Shown here: positions 34,207 through 48,657 of the stretch, piece after piece
Numbering within the stretch: position 1 is the stretch's first letter
How the letters are laid out: each line of letters opens with the position of its first letter
From: a bacterium
Lineage (GTDB): Bacteria > UBA8248
DNA: 64,000 nt
Assembly: GCA_965213685.1 (NCBI GenBank)
Contig: CBDBZY010000041.1
Location: forward strand, 96,001 to 160,000
Reading direction: 5' to 3'
The notes under the pieces: generated by a model
The model's database searches: none
Seen by the model: only the letters and a program-made list of their open reading frames with translations
What the model was told of the DNA's origin: nothing
Program-made: the position numbers and the translations under genes

Positions 34207-37200
34207 TCATCACACCACTCAGCGCCATTGTTCATCCTCCTATAATGATGCACACAAAATGTACAAACACTACTCTAATCATAACACTGTGTACTCCCCT
34301 TAGTATTGTAATGAATTCTTTTCTAAAAATATTAATGTCATACTACAATATATGTATGTTCCTTATAATAATTTCATACTCCTTGTATCATGTGTGCTGC
34401 AGCTTTGTGGCCGATGTTACCAGATGTACATGTAATTTCCCCCATATTATAGCTGGGCATGAGGTGTTTGTCAAGGGTTATGGGCAGGGCACCATTCTCT
34501 GTGAACTCTGTACAGTATTACAATTACTTGGGTGGTGACAGGTGATATATACCCATACAGCCATCACAAGACAGTACAATGTATAATGTCTTGGTTTAAG
34601 TAAACATACAAGTACATAGTTAACTGAGTTGGGAGTTACCCTGTTAATGTGTTCATTGGGGGAGAGACCTTTGCTCTAGATCTTGCATGAATCTAATGGC
34701 ACATTTGGTAGAGCATGCATCTGCATGGTTTTGCAGTATGTTGCGGGTTCAAGTCCCACCTGAGGAACTCATTTCTGTCTCTTTTTTTTGGGGGGGGGGG
34801 GGGGGGGGGAGGAAGAGCTGTAGATATTCAAGTGTATTTACTTTGTGTTGCCCAATAATGAATTGCCTTGTTGAGATTATGTACACATACATGTTACTCC
34901 CAGCCTTCTCTTGAGGTTATTCACAGATCTGCAGTATAGGATCATGTATGACAGTTTCTATACACTAAAACTACAGGTACATTCGCGTGTGTTTTGTACA
35001 TGTCTGCATGTGTCCTATCTCCCTTATTATGCTGTGATATTCCAAAGGAGGCATGTGGAAGGTAGCATGTGTTGACATTGGTCTCCATGGGGACACCATG
35101 TACATGTATGCCAGGCCATCCTTGGTGCACACAAAGTAATGGATGAACTTGTACACATGTACATACAAAAATTGCACATTTCAAAGATGATTTACCATCA
35201 TTGCCACTAAACAAAAACCACTCATACGTAGCTGCGCATTACTGCTAGGAAACTATAATGAAATTTCAGGTACATGTATGTGCTCAAAAGTACCAAGGGC
35301 GTAGTATCGCTAATGGCTCAAACCAGATGCAGGATGAGGTTCCACTTCCCGTGCGCATGCGTGACTCTAAGGAGCTATTTTGCTTTCTCGGACAGCGTTA
35401 GCGCCACACAAATCGCCTGCAGAGGAAGGTTACGACTTTGTACGGTACCCCGTACTCAGTATGGCGAAAGGCCTAGGGATTGCGACGTTCCTGTGCCTGT
35501 TGTCTACCGTGCAGCTTGGATGGGGGACACTTAGGCCGATCTACAGGCAGGAAGTTTCAGTACTCTACAACGGTGAGCCCGCGCCTACAACAGTAGGATA
35601 GCAGCTCAGCTGCAAACTGTGCGGGGCCTCGCAATTAAAGCGCTATGATAGCGCTGCATGTATAGGAAGCCCGTAATTTCGTCTCTCACCTCCCTCTCCT
35701 CTTCTAACAAGCCGTTAGTGAAAAACCGTATACCAGTTTTGGAACATGGCTAGCCCTATATAACCCTAGCCCACCCATGCAAACCAGTAGCTAACGTAAC
35801 CATTCTGCTAGGTTGGTAAGCAGTTACGCGTGCGTTAATAATGAGATTCATAATCGTACATATACGGTCTGTCTTTTCTATACGCCCAGTCACTGGCGAG
35901 TACAGACGGTTCCCTAATCAGACAGCAGTGCCAGAGGTGGACTACAATTACTTTATTGAGGACATCAACTTTCAAGCCGTGGGTGGGAAGCTTTTGGTGG
36001 GAGCAGCGTGAGTGCAGTGATTACAAACAAACAGAGCTATAGGGTTTAACGCTGCAGTACACACAATGCACGAGCTGTAGTTCATTCAGATGTATACTGC
36101 TACTGTCTATAATTATTAATAGCTACTTTGGAAATTTGTGTTCAAGTCGATATTGATCATATACAAGATATGGGTGTGTAGACTAAACTTTCCTTCTGGT
36201 AGGCTTTGTTCAATTAGTAAGTTAATGCACCATGGTGATCAAGTACCTCATACTTGGCAGCCCACTGTGTATAGTAGCATTCCAGACTAATGAACATGTT
36301 CTGACATCACACTTCCACCTTTTGCCATTTAGCTCAAGTATACACACACACACTGTCAGCCTGGAAGCCTACCCACAAGACTGTCGCCCTCTTCTATGCA
36401 GATATCCACCTTTGTCTAGTGATTATCGCTACAATTAAGGCCTATACATGCAACGAATCAAGCTTTAGTCGCTGTACAATGAACAGTAATCATCACTCAA
36501 CATTCACACCAAAAGTCATTCAAGAGTTATGAAGGACCAGGCTCTCTTATAGAGTTTACAAGGCAAAACAGGTATGCCACGTGAATTTGCCAGCATACCT
36601 GCCTGCATAGCCTGCAACAGTTTTTCTTTCTTTTTTTTCAATCTGCTCATAATGCTTTACAGCAATGCCGCTAATTATGTTGTTCATGCATTATGCTCCA
36701 AAATTTGCTCATTATACCAGATGGAAGCGTTTCATCTCTTTGTAGCAACTCCAATAAATGCTTGTTTTCAGGGAAACATGCATGTGCCCCTAAAGTACAG
36801 GACTCTCTATGGTTTTAGAGACTGTACCTCAAAAAGCATAGAGACAATCACTTTTTCACCAGATGTTTACCACTCCCCTGTGATGTCATTTATTGTTATT
36901 TCAGTGTGGATGCTAAGTGGTCAGTTTTTGCAGATCCAGTCACATACACTGGTAACTATAAATGCCTATAGAAATGCTACTGTTCAAAGTGACTATAATG
37001 ATCTTGAAACTGGGTGCTGTAATTCACTGTTGGAGGTCAATTTCGGTTGAGGAATAGCCTACTAGCTCAGTGATAATGAATGTCAGTGGTAGTGAAAAAA
37101 ATTATTATAGGTCTATGTACAGTTCTTGCAAGTATGCAATGTATAGGCCAGTCAGTATTGTATAGGTCTTTGCACACTGGCTGTCACTACTGTATATACG

Positions 37201-37881
37201 GTTACGCATGTACCTTCAGGCACTTTGCACTCTCGGTTCTTGGTATTTTTAATCTTGTGTGCACCTATCAGCCATGGTTAAAGTATAATTATATGTGCCA
37301 GTTGCAGCGCTAGTGTCTTTGCAAGTGTGTAATAATACAAGCCACCCTTGTATGAGTGTGTGGAGATAGTGCATTGCTAGCTGTTAGTGTAGGTGTGTGA
37401 TATGTGTGCAATGCTGGCGTGTGGCATTGCCAGCTAGTGCTGGCTGTAGGAGACTGGAGGATTCTGTGTTTGGTCTTTATCTGTGTTAATCGGTGGGTTT
37501 ATCCATGGTGCTGTCTTTGCATCCAACCAAAAAAGAATACTGATTAGCTAACATTTGGCTATGTCGACAGCTAGTCAGTGACTGTGCTGCTGTGTTGTGA
37601 ATTCATTGCATGAAGGTGATATTGTGTAGGTAGGCAGCACTGCAGGTATATATGCAAGTAGGCAACATTACATACATGTACAGGGGGGGGGGGGGGGGGT
37701 TAGATAGGTCAACAATGTAAACATACCCCTCCATTCATACATCAGCACTAGTGCCACATCATACTTATGCCTCTTTACGCATAGCCAAGCTATCCTGAGC
37801 ACAGCAACTCAGATAAAAAGACTTTGGCCCACATACCTGCTTCAAATGTGATACGTGACAACACTAATAAAAAAGGGTTTA

Positions 37882-38560
37882 CAGTGGAACCTCTCTCAAG
37901 GGGACACCCTGAATTAAGGACACCTCTATAACCCTTTCGCTTGAGTTCCCGCGATGGAACGAGCGAGCGACGTGACACGGTCTTTCTTAGATCTCCGTTT
38001 ACTTCCGGCCCTTCCGCTCGCCTGGCTACCTCCATGGCAACGGCATAGCCCGCAAGTCTCCTGGCAACCAATTCAAACCTCCGTATTCCTACAGATCGAA
38101 GCCGCGCGGCCCATTTATGGCTACGTGCAGAGCCCAAACTTCACTCCAGCCACCTCTAGCCCTCCCTCACGCTTCATCACACTGCCTGCTAGGCTTCTTG
38201 CTTTTTTTTTTTTTTTTTTTTTAAAGTATACAATAGCAGAGATGAAAGCTACATCAAAGCTCCGACCACCACATCCAAGCGTCGAGAGGCCACTTCAAGG
38301 GATGCGTGGGAGTTTTTTATCAGTTAATTGCCCGCATGCCGACATTACATCATCAAATGTTCCATATTTCTCCAGTTTTACGCTGTTTTAGAAAGTGCGC
38401 AAAAATGCGCACTTTTGAGAGCGAAAGGGTTAAACAGGACACATTTTCCCTCCCCAAGCACAGTGCTTATGTACCCTTTCAACCTGTGAAATAAGGACAC
38501 CTCTTTAATCAGGTTACTTTCTTCTGGCCCAATGATGTCCGGATTGGAGAGGTTCCACTG
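37882..38560. mobile_element. Tc1/mariner (Tigger-like) MITE in semaphorin intron 2
   Basis: TA|CAGTGGAACCTCTC...GAGAGGTTCCACTG|TA with AAGGACACCTCT subterminal repeats. Confidence 0.85.
37932..38429. mobile_element. piggyBac-type non-autonomous element nested in the Tigger-like MITE
   Basis: CCCTTTCGCT...AGCGAAAGGG termini; flanked by ATAA (left) and TTAA (right). Confidence 0.7.
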
Positions 38561-41392
38561 TATAATCAACAGGTCATATCTGTGTTCCATTGTAGCCACA
38601 ATGTCATTTTGAAGGTTGATTCATAAGTCATTGGAAATAAAATAGTTTTCACTGATGTCCCTTGTTCACGTAACTTTCCTTTTGTCTTACTCCTTCTCCC
38701 ACTGTAGTGATCAACTCTATCTTCTGAACGCTGACCTCTCCTTATCCTCCAACCTCAGCTGGCCATCACGTCAGAGTGTAATAGACGAGTGCATTACAAC
38801 AGTGGGCAATGACAATCCGGTACATGTCAGCACACTGTTCCAACTGCCCTATAGCCTATCGCTTCTTTCTTTACCTCAGAGCTATGCATGTCGCAATCAT
38901 GTGCGAGTATACCAGCAGTTTCCTGGTCTAGATCTGCTCCTTGTGTGTGGCAGTAATGCTGCGGTTGATCCACTTTGCCGCACTGTGGAGCTGCAGGACA
39001 GAGAGCTGGGCACAGCCCACCCCACAGTGACTGCATCAGATGGCCTGGTGTCATACTCCCCTGAGTACTCAGGATTTGGGGAGTTCAGAAATGGTATCAC
39101 TATGTATGCATGGTATGTACATGTGCACTTGGTTCCTGATCATGCAAATCCTGAAGCTTACCTCCTCTAATCCTTCCTCACTCTCTTCCTTCCCCCTCAC
39201 CTTTTCTCTCCTTCCTTCCTCTCCCCTCCTTATTTCATCCCTCTCCTCTTCCCTCCCTCTCTCTCTCTCTCCCTTCCTCCTTCCTTCTCTCGCTCTCTCC
39301 CCCCCCCTCCCTCCAGAGTCCACCCATGACTCCACCTACTTCTCTGCTGGGTTCTTTCCTGGCAATCAGGGACATGGACGACATTTTAGCATCTCCTACC
39401 AAAATGTCACGGTGTCCTCTGACCCCTCTTCTCTGGAGACCACACAGCTGTACAAAACTGAGGATGCCAATATCCTTTGGCTGTTTTTTCCAGTCACCTT
39501 TGTGGGGTATTACAAGGCAGACTACTCGCCTGTCCCTCCTGCCTATGAGCTCAGCGACTACCAGTTTTGGTTTGTCTTCCTGCGAGAACAAGGGTACTAT
39601 TTGGACGTTGTCTATTCACATCTGGTGCGGATCTGACGCAATGACCGAGGATCTGATTCATCTCCAGACCCATCTTTTAATACCTATATGAAGGCTCGTA
39701 TCTTTTGTGAGAGAGAGAGGCCAGCAGGACGGGCATATACTAACATCTTGGACTACCAATACAACAGCATCAGTGAGCTGTTCATCTACATGTATTTATC
39801 TGTCTGACTGTCTGTCTGTCTTTCCATCCATCCATTCATCTGTTTGTCTGTCTGTCCATCCACCTGTTTGTCTGTCTGTCCATCTGTCTCCCTATCTGTC
39901 TACCGTTCTGTCTGCCTGTGTCTCTTTATCTGCCTGCCTGCCTGCATGTCTACCTGTCTCTGTCTGTCTGTCTGTCTGTTTGTCTATCTGTCTCTGTCTG
40001 TCTGTCTGTCTGATTGTCTCTCTGTCTGTCTACTTGTCTGCCTGCCTACACCTCTGTCTGTGTCCGAAAAAAATCTTCTGCTGCAGCAAGTTTTGCGTTC
40101 AGTTTGTCTAGTCGTTACTATGGAAATGGTAACTACCAGAAGTTGCTATATGGTGCTTTTTCTAGCCCAATGTAAGAAACCAGGCACACACTATCAACAC
40201 CTGCCTTTATCTGCCTGCCCCTGCTTTCTCTTCTTCCAGCACTGGTCCACTTGGCTCAGTTCTCTGTGCCTACCCAGCTGACAACACTGCTGAGACAGGT
40301 GGAGATGGGCGGAGTGAAGGCGTGTTTGACATATTTCGAGAGGACATTACATCAGATTATGAAGGCGGTCTTGTAGAGAACATGCTTGCGGAGGTAGGAA
40401 TGGTGGAATGAATGTATACAGGGTGTGTGCTCAATTTCTACTTCCACCACAAGTAATGGATGTTCCTCCCCCCTCCCTCCCTTCCTTCCTCACTCCTGCA
40501 GTGTATACCTTATGGTCGTGCAGATAACGATGAACAGCTGGTGCTCATCAACCCCTTCATTCCAGTCCGTCAGATTGGTACTGACTCTCTCATTCTGTTG
40601 GAGGATGTCATGTGTGTTACATTTAATTTACTAGAAACACCACACTAGTCTCCCCTTACCTGATCTTTCCTTCCTTTTTCCCTTCCCCTTCTTGTTCTCT
40701 ACTCATCTTTCCCTCCTCTTCTCTTCCTCTTCACCGAAGCATCACCCAGATAGTACAGGATCAGCTATGCATTGTGCTTGGATCAGACAGTTCCAGCTGT
40801 GTCAATCAAGATGTCCTGTTCTTAGGCCTAGTTACCTGTTCATTACCCATATTAGTCGATGGTATATGAGCCAGTTCTCTCTGTCCTGCTATATAGACTA
40901 TAATGTCCTATAGAACAGTCTTACTCTTTGTCCTGCTAGTCAGTTCATCCATATGCCACTCTTGCTCTCTCATCCAGACACTGGAAAGATTCTGAAGGTG
41001 TTGTTTGGAATGGAAGAAGGAGGAGGGAGTTTCCCTATCATTGCTGAAGAGATTGAGGTCAGTCCATTGTCATGTGACTGTCATATGATGCATATTGTCG
41101 CAGGATCATCACTACATTTTATGCCTTGCCCACAGTTGGATGACTCAAACAGTGTCAACAAAATGGCTTTACAGGTCAGTAAGAAGGAGGGAGGGAGGGA
41201 AGATATGAGGGAGGGAAGGATGTGTGAGTGTGGTGGCATGTAAGTGCATGCTACAATGAAGGAGGATCAGGTGGTGTACATACCACAGATTATGTGAAGG
41301 GTAAAACAATGCCGTGTGCATCCATGACATTGCATCAGTAGTCAAATTACCTACTTCATGCCTATAAGTACATGTGCACGCAGTGTCACCAT

Positions 41393-41822
41393 TAGGGCTT
41401 GACAAATTATGCTAGCATAAGTTTTGGAATAATAGGTAGCCTTTCGAACATGAGCATAATTGGGAATAGTAGGAAATAAAACATGCATAATTTTGTCCAC
41501 TGCACTACTTTTCTTGCATGCCTATGCAATTGTCACAAGTTAAGGCTTGTTTACTCTACAGCTACTAGCTATAACATATACAACTGGAGTCTACTTTTCT
41601 TCTCATCTTTGCAAGACTACATCTCTCTTTCTGTCATGCTACAATACAACAACAAAGATTGATCCGTATTAATGTACTTTTTTAATGAACTTTTTACTTT
41701 CGGGATAATGGGTATAGTATATGGGAATAATGGGTATAGTGCATGAGAATAATGGGCTAATTTTTTGAGAATAGTCAAAAAGAATAATGGGCAAGAAAAA
41801 AGGAATAATTTGTCAAGCCCTA
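41393..41822. mobile_element. Non-autonomous hAT element related to 10508-11044
   Basis: TIR TAGGGCTTGACAAATTAT / ATAATTTGTCAAGCCCTA. Perfect 8-bp TSD GTCACCAT (41385-92, 41823-30). GAATAATGG subterminal repeats. Confidence 0.9.
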
Positions 41823-42862
41823 GTCACCATACAGTAAGTAATGTCATGACTGGTGGAAGCCACATGTGTACCATGTGCTGGATGATGATTCTCAGATGAT
41901 GGATATGGAGAAGGTGCTCTACGTCACCACATGGTCCAAGATCTACCGACTGCCCTTGCAGAGATGTGAGAGATACGAGAACTGTAGGTGAGAGTTGAAA
42001 AGGGAGGAGTAAGAGCTGAATAGAAAACCAGGCCAGTTAACATATCCCTCTCTCCCTTTCTCTCCTCTCTCCATCTCTCGCTCTCTCTTACCCCCATCTC
42101 TCCACCTCTCTCCTTCCCCCTCTCCCTCCCCTTCTCCCTCCCCCTCTCCTTCAATCCTTACCTCCCTCTCCCCTTTCCTTCATCCTCCCTCTCCCACTAC
42201 TTCCTACCTCCCTCCCCAAGTGCATGTGTTGGCTCTCGAGACCCATACTGTGTGTGGAGCAATCGTGACCTGTCCTGCTAGGAGACTCCTCTCTCTGCCT
42301 CAGGCAGCAGTCAAGGCAATGTCAATGCGGATATGTAAGTTAGGTATCCAGAGATATCCTGAGATACCCTGCTACTTTTATACTGTACAGTGTGGAGTAC
42401 AACATGTACATGTGTCACCTACTTATGGTCATAATCTGCAATGTTATACTATATTGTAATATGGTCATGATTATATTTTGTATGTACATGGGTGTATGTA
42501 GTGACAAGTTCAATATGTGTGTGTACTGTGACCCACCCAGGTGTATTAAAATACTTTGCTATAGCCAGCTACATAAGTACATACTATATATTGATTGGTA
42601 TGTGACCATGAATAGTAGTTCTGAAAACGTCTTTCTTAATGCAATATATATAATAATAATATAATTACTGCTACTGCTTGTCTCTGTGACACAGACTAAG
42701 TGCATCACACTTTGAGTACGTGGAAAAGTAGACATACTACAGAAGCATAACGCAGGGTAGCTAAATGTGGGAACAATGAAATAGAGTAGAATTGAGAGTA
42801 TAGCCTACATGCATCTATATAGTGCCTTATTAGGATGCACAGTCAAATGTTGTATGAACATG

Positions 42863-43041
<179 letters not shown>

Positions 43042-43605
43042 CAGATTCTTCCAGAATATTCACACAGGGGAGTCTACTGGCTGTAACTGTTAGTCCAGCC
43101 ATTACTACCTAGCTACAATTGCATGCGAATACCTTGTACACATGTAGACATGTCCACTTCTGTCATGCCAGATCCACAGGTTGGGTTTGAGATGAGCAGC
43201 TTGTCTGTGAGTGAGGGAGCAGCCTCAGTGGAGGTCATCATCACTGCATCAGGTGCCACCTATGTGGAAATGTACATGGAGGATGGAACAGCACAAGGTA
43301 TAGGCAACAGGACTGGGTGCAGGAATGATGGCTGCTCAACTCCCACCCTCCCTCCCTCCACAGCTGGTTTTGACTACAACTCCACCACACAACTATTCAA
43401 CTTCTCATCTTCTAGCTCCAGAAAGACTTCTATTGCTATACTGGATGACGCAGTGTATGAAGGAGATGAGTACTTCACTGCCCATCTCCGTGGTACCACA
43501 TTGGGTGGGGTCGAGCTGACCCAAGACACACTCAACATTACTATTCAGGAGGATGATAGTGAGATGAAACTGTATTGAGTACCATCCTCCCTCCAATCCT
43601 GCCCC

Positions 43606-43784
<179 letters not shown>

Positions 43785-44636
43785 CTTCTCTTCTTTTCCC
43801 CTACTAGATATTTCTGTAACATTCACATCCTCAATATACTCAGTTAGTGAGTCCCAGTGCTATGTGACTGTGTCAGTAGAGAAACATGGAGGTGCCAATT
43901 TCCCTACAACAGTTAACCTCCTCACGCTCAATGATTCAGCAAAGGGTATGTATGGGGATTATTATGTGTGTATATTAATATCACAGGTAGGTTCATAGTC
44001 AATGCTGTATAGTTGGCTGCATGCTTGCTCTTTGAACGTTCAAATTCAACACTGTGTGTGAAAGAGCTTTGCTATTTCCCTGATCACAGCTAATGACACA
44101 ACAAGTTATTAATATTGTATCTTTGTTCTCCCTCACTCTCTTCCATTCTTCACTTTCATAGCTAATGATGATTATCATTTACTCACGACTCAAGTCACAA
44201 TCTCTTCTGAATCCTCTCACATTGTGTCCATCCCAATCATTAATGATGACGTACGAGAGGAGGTGGAGCAGTTCACAGTTCAGCTGAGTCTGCCCAGCGG
44301 CAGCACAGGAGTGGTGCTGGATCAGGACTCAGCCACAGTACAGATTGTGGATGAAGATCGTGGGTGCCCAGTTATTGTATGTTTAGTGTTCCCCTCTCAC
44401 CGTGTGCATGTTGCCACCCTTTCACCAGGAGTGAGTGTCCAGTGGGGGGCCTCTGTGTACACAGCCAGTGAAGATAATGGAACTGTGGAGCTTGTGCTAC
44501 TCAAAGAGGGCCTCTCATCATTTGGCTTGACAGTAACTCTGACAACAGAAGACTCAAGTGCAACTGGTACACGGCAAAAATGAGATGGTTATTTTAACCT
44601 TGCTATGGTTTTATCTCAGTTCCACTTGAATAACAA

Positions 44637-44906
44637 CAAGTATGAAAAACATTTTCAAAAACACAACTAACCCCATCCCTACATCTTTTTTTATATCTGA
44701 AATCATTCTGTGAGTTATGCTACAAGATTACTGGGAAGAGCAATTTTTGAGCCAAAAAAAAAAAGATGTAGGGATGGGGTTAGTTGTGTAGTCTTTGTAT
44801 AACATGTCTTGCCTGCACACTGCCATCCCTACACCTAATTTCTGTACTTTTTGGCACGGCCATCCCTACATCTCTATACATTTTTTGAAAATGTTTTTCA
44901 TACTTG
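44637..44906. mobile_element. MITE-like element with nested inverted repeats
   Basis: Outer CAAGTATGAAAAACATTTTCAAAAA / TTTTTGAAAATGTTTTTCATACTTG. Inner ACACAACTAACCCCATCCCTACATCTTTTTT / AAAAAAGATGTAGGGATGGGGTTAGTTGTGT. Confidence 0.7.
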
Positions 44907-46030
44907 TTTGCATTTCTTTTTTTGCACAAGGGTATGTATTGTTCTTGCCACTGAAGCTTCTTTCAGAGTCCAGCAAACAAATCAGTGATCATAACAACCA
45001 TTGCTAAGGCGGGTAGGGAGGGGCTTGAACATGGTCATTTCTGACTGAGTTGGGGGCTGAGTCCCTCTACAAATTCTTGAGCTAGAGTAGCTACATGTGT
45101 ACCTCACTGTATTTAACTGGCCAACTCATCCCCGCTACATAATAAAGTAAGCCGCTGCTCGAACGCGCCATCAGATATGAGCAGCCTTTGCTACGTCTCG
45201 CGAACCTCTGATTAATAGGTGTGGCTTTGCGAGGCCCGCCCTCACGTGCTTACCGTTTGCGCCACGTGACAGTGGTTTTATACTCTAGAGGCTATAATTG
45301 TGGAGGGCATGTGTGCAGTGTGTAGGATGCCTCCAGAGGAACCTGTACTATGACAGGAATTTGGCATGCAATGGGTAAACAGCCCATTATTGGTGGTCTC
45401 TGCTATGTCAAGCTTAATGGACTAAAAGACTCTCCTTGTTATATTTACTATACTTATTAGTCTATCACTTAGTCCCTTAGTCTCTTCTTGGAGGATATCC
45501 AAGTTGAATGTAATAGTCACGTATGTCATTAGACACATTCTGTACATCTGTTCAGTGCCAGATGTTGAGAGATCAAACATACAACTGAGATAACCATAAT
45601 TAAGATGACCATGGACTTTTTGCAGTGATATAATATAATATAATATTATACGCAGCATATTGGAGTAACTGTGGTTGAAATGTTATCATCTCTCCACATG
45701 GCAACACACTTGCAGCACCTGGTGACTATGCTGCCCTGTCTGGGCTAGCCGTAACCTTCTCTCCAACTGACACTGCCCAGACTGTGTCTATTCCCCTAGT
45801 AGATGACAGTGAGGTGGAGCAGGTGGAGGTATTCCTAGTGAGCATACATGTACCTGTAAATGAGGAGAGAGTTGACATCCCATCCAGCACAGCCTCAGTG
45901 TACATAACCAACAATGATGGTAAGAAGCTAACATGCAGGTGCTGTCTTGTGTCAAAGTATAATAATTATGGACTATCTTTAGATATATATATGATTGGCT
46001 AGGTTGTGACATAGTAATCTAGCACTAGCC

Positions 46031-46164
46031 ACACAGTTGAATTCACCAAACGTTTCGGCAGCAGCTCTTGTTGCTTATACTTTCATTCCACTGCACTGTA
46101 CTCATATTACCACTGAAGAGGGCAGCTGAGTTGCTGCTGAAACGTTTGGTGAATTCAACTGTGT
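46031..46164 (+). mobile_element. Penelope-like terminal relic: 37-bp inverted repeat with a hammerhead-like core
   Basis: ACACAGTTGAATTCACCAAACGTTTCGGCAGCAGCTC / GAGTTGCTGCTGAAACGTTTGGTGAATTCAACTGTGT. Plus strand reads ACCA-CUGAAGA-G-GGCAGC...GCUGCU-GAAAC-GUU-UGGU. Confidence 0.55.
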
Positions 46165-46733
46165 TAGATTAGCTTTTGAGTATGGACTATATATATCTTC
46201 TATTATTCCCTGTAGATGTGTCTGTAGGCTTTGCATCCACTTCCTATACATCACAAGAGGGGCAGAGGCTGGATGTAGTAGTGCTAAAAGATGTTGCCAC
46301 TCCCTTCAGCATTACTCTTAGTGTTGTGATACTGATGGATGGCAGTGTAGGGGCAGAGGACTATGCTATTGCCATGCCACTGATATATATATGAGTACAT
46401 GAACAGTATACCACACTTCGAGAAAGAAGAAGAGTACAAAAGGAAAAACATGAATTTTACAACCATGACATGTGTGTACATATGCATGGTTGTAAAAGTA
46501 ACCTTTTGTACTCTTTTCTTTTTTTCTTTTTCTTTTTCTTTCTTGAAATGTGCTATACAACATGATAATATATATGTGCACATATATATACAATATACAA
46601 TTATCTCTCAGACTCAACTGCTTAGAAAATATACATGGATGTTAGCCTTAGCATGAAGGAGTCCATGTACTCTGTTACCTCTGCAGAATATATAGGCACA
46701 TTTATACCTGATCCCTCCCTACCCTCCCCCCTC

Positions 46734-46854
<121 letters not shown>

Positions 46855-47659
46855 CCCTTCTCTGTCTGTCTGCCTCTCTGTCTGTTCTCGGCATACTACA
46901 AAATTGCCACATCAACTCCATCAGGTGATAGGCTGTCCACAGAGGAGGACTGTGTGTATGGCTCTCAAACACTAGGAGCTGCTGTGACAGCAGTGCTAGT
47001 AATGTTGGTGGTTGTCCTTATCGCACTCAACCTGCTCCTATTCATGTGCTATTGCCATGCTCGAGGAAGAAGCTGGGCCTCACTCATTTGTTGCTGTACT
47101 CATGAAGCACACACGTCCACAGCTCTGGACACTCAATCATCCTCACATGGTTCCCATGTGATGGAAAAAGTGGAGTCCAAAGTAGATGAAGAGCCAGTTG
47201 ACTCTGCCATGTAAGAGAGTGGCCCTACATATACATGATAGCTCTTGAAGAGAGATTGCAAATACTCATTCTTCTCAGTGGAATTTGTCAGCTAGTATAT
47301 GTAATTATCAGAACATCGCATGTTGTATCTCAAATACTGACCTCCATTTGCTAATGTCAATAATTACATAGTGCTGTAAGATGTTGTGGTGACCTCTCAG
47401 AAATTAGAATATTGCAACCTCTATCTCAGTTATAATGCAACACTATGCAAACTCACCGTTAATGTACATCTATATATAGCCCATAGAAAAATCCGTCAAC
47501 TTTCATAACCTTTGTATCTTCTGACAGGTGGTTTGTGTTTACCCAAAACATAGCGCAACAGATGTCCACAAGTATTGTTTCATATGACAATGAAAGCCAG
47601 CTGGGGTGTTGGGGGCTTCGGATCAACTCCTCTTCTATGCTGTAGCTATAATATAATTA

Positions 47660-48430
47660 TAGCATGGCTCAACTTGGACGTAGGTGTGGAGACCTGCTTC
47701 TTCCATGGTCTCACTGCTTACACAAAAACATGACTGGAGTTTGTCCTCCTTCTACATGTGGAGCATTGCAGGGCTCACCATCATCTTAGCCAAGTACAGT
47801 GATCATGTGGCAAGGTGATGGGCAATAACACAGAACTGGCCACCCTCTTCCTCCTCTCCTAAAAGCCGTTACGTACCATTGTAAGTGCTCTGTCATGCAC
47901 AATGTTGTACAGCTCACAAGGCCACAAGGCTGTGTGGTCTGCTGATGGAAATGTGGACTACCTGGATCCAAAACATGCTCCTCTGTTTGCTGTAGCTGTG
48001 GCTGTTCTGCTCTTTCTGTGGCTTCCATATACACTGCTGCTCTTCCTCGGACAGTGGCTGCTAAGGTGCAACTACTGAATGATTGACCGCACTTTGATGA
48101 AAATAATGCCATTTTTGGACTCTCACTATGGCCCTCTGAAGGGATATCACTTGACTACTGGGTTGGGTCCCTGCTTTTGGTCAGAGTTGTGATTCTTCTA
48201 ATGGCAGCACTCAGGATCATTTCAACTAATCTTTACTATGGTGTTAATATCTTGGACTCATAACCTATTGAAACATGACTGTTGCCATGTTTGACATGTC
48301 TTTCTTGCACTTTTGTGTGTAACCCATGCACTTTTTCACCTAAATATCGAGAGAAATCAAGCTGTTGTTTCCTACATACTAAATGGAATAGAATTTCTTG
48401 GACTGGTCACTTTCAAAGTGCTCTCTAATG
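47660..48430 (+). pseudogene. Degenerate fragment of the multi-pass membrane region of the beta-helix receptor family
   Basis: High nucleotide similarity to 63460-64000 and 58076-58860 (AWLNLDVGVETCFFHG, VWSADGNVDYL, LWLPYTLLL), with stops and frameshifts. Confidence 0.85.
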
Positions 48431-48657
48431 TCGAGTGGAGTAGGAAAGTTGGGGTGTGTCTTCAGGACATCCTGCTGAAGACTGAATAATCCATTGCATG
48501 TACATGTAACACTTTTGTAAGCACTGAAACTTCTTGACAATTCGCCATCTAAGTAGCTCTGTGTACCATGCATGTGTGCAAATTAAATTACTTTTTTTAA
48601 GTCCAATATTAATTTTGGTCTTTATTGGAGAAAAAGATTTCTTTCTTTTCAGCAGGC

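Noticed and set aside
39634-39636. Selenocysteine recoding of the TGA at a conserved semaphorin Cys
   Set aside because: The same gene has an in-frame TAG and a lost donor, the Cys is a structural disulfide position, and I saw no convincing SECIS after 47214. A single TGY to TGA mutation is more parsimonious.
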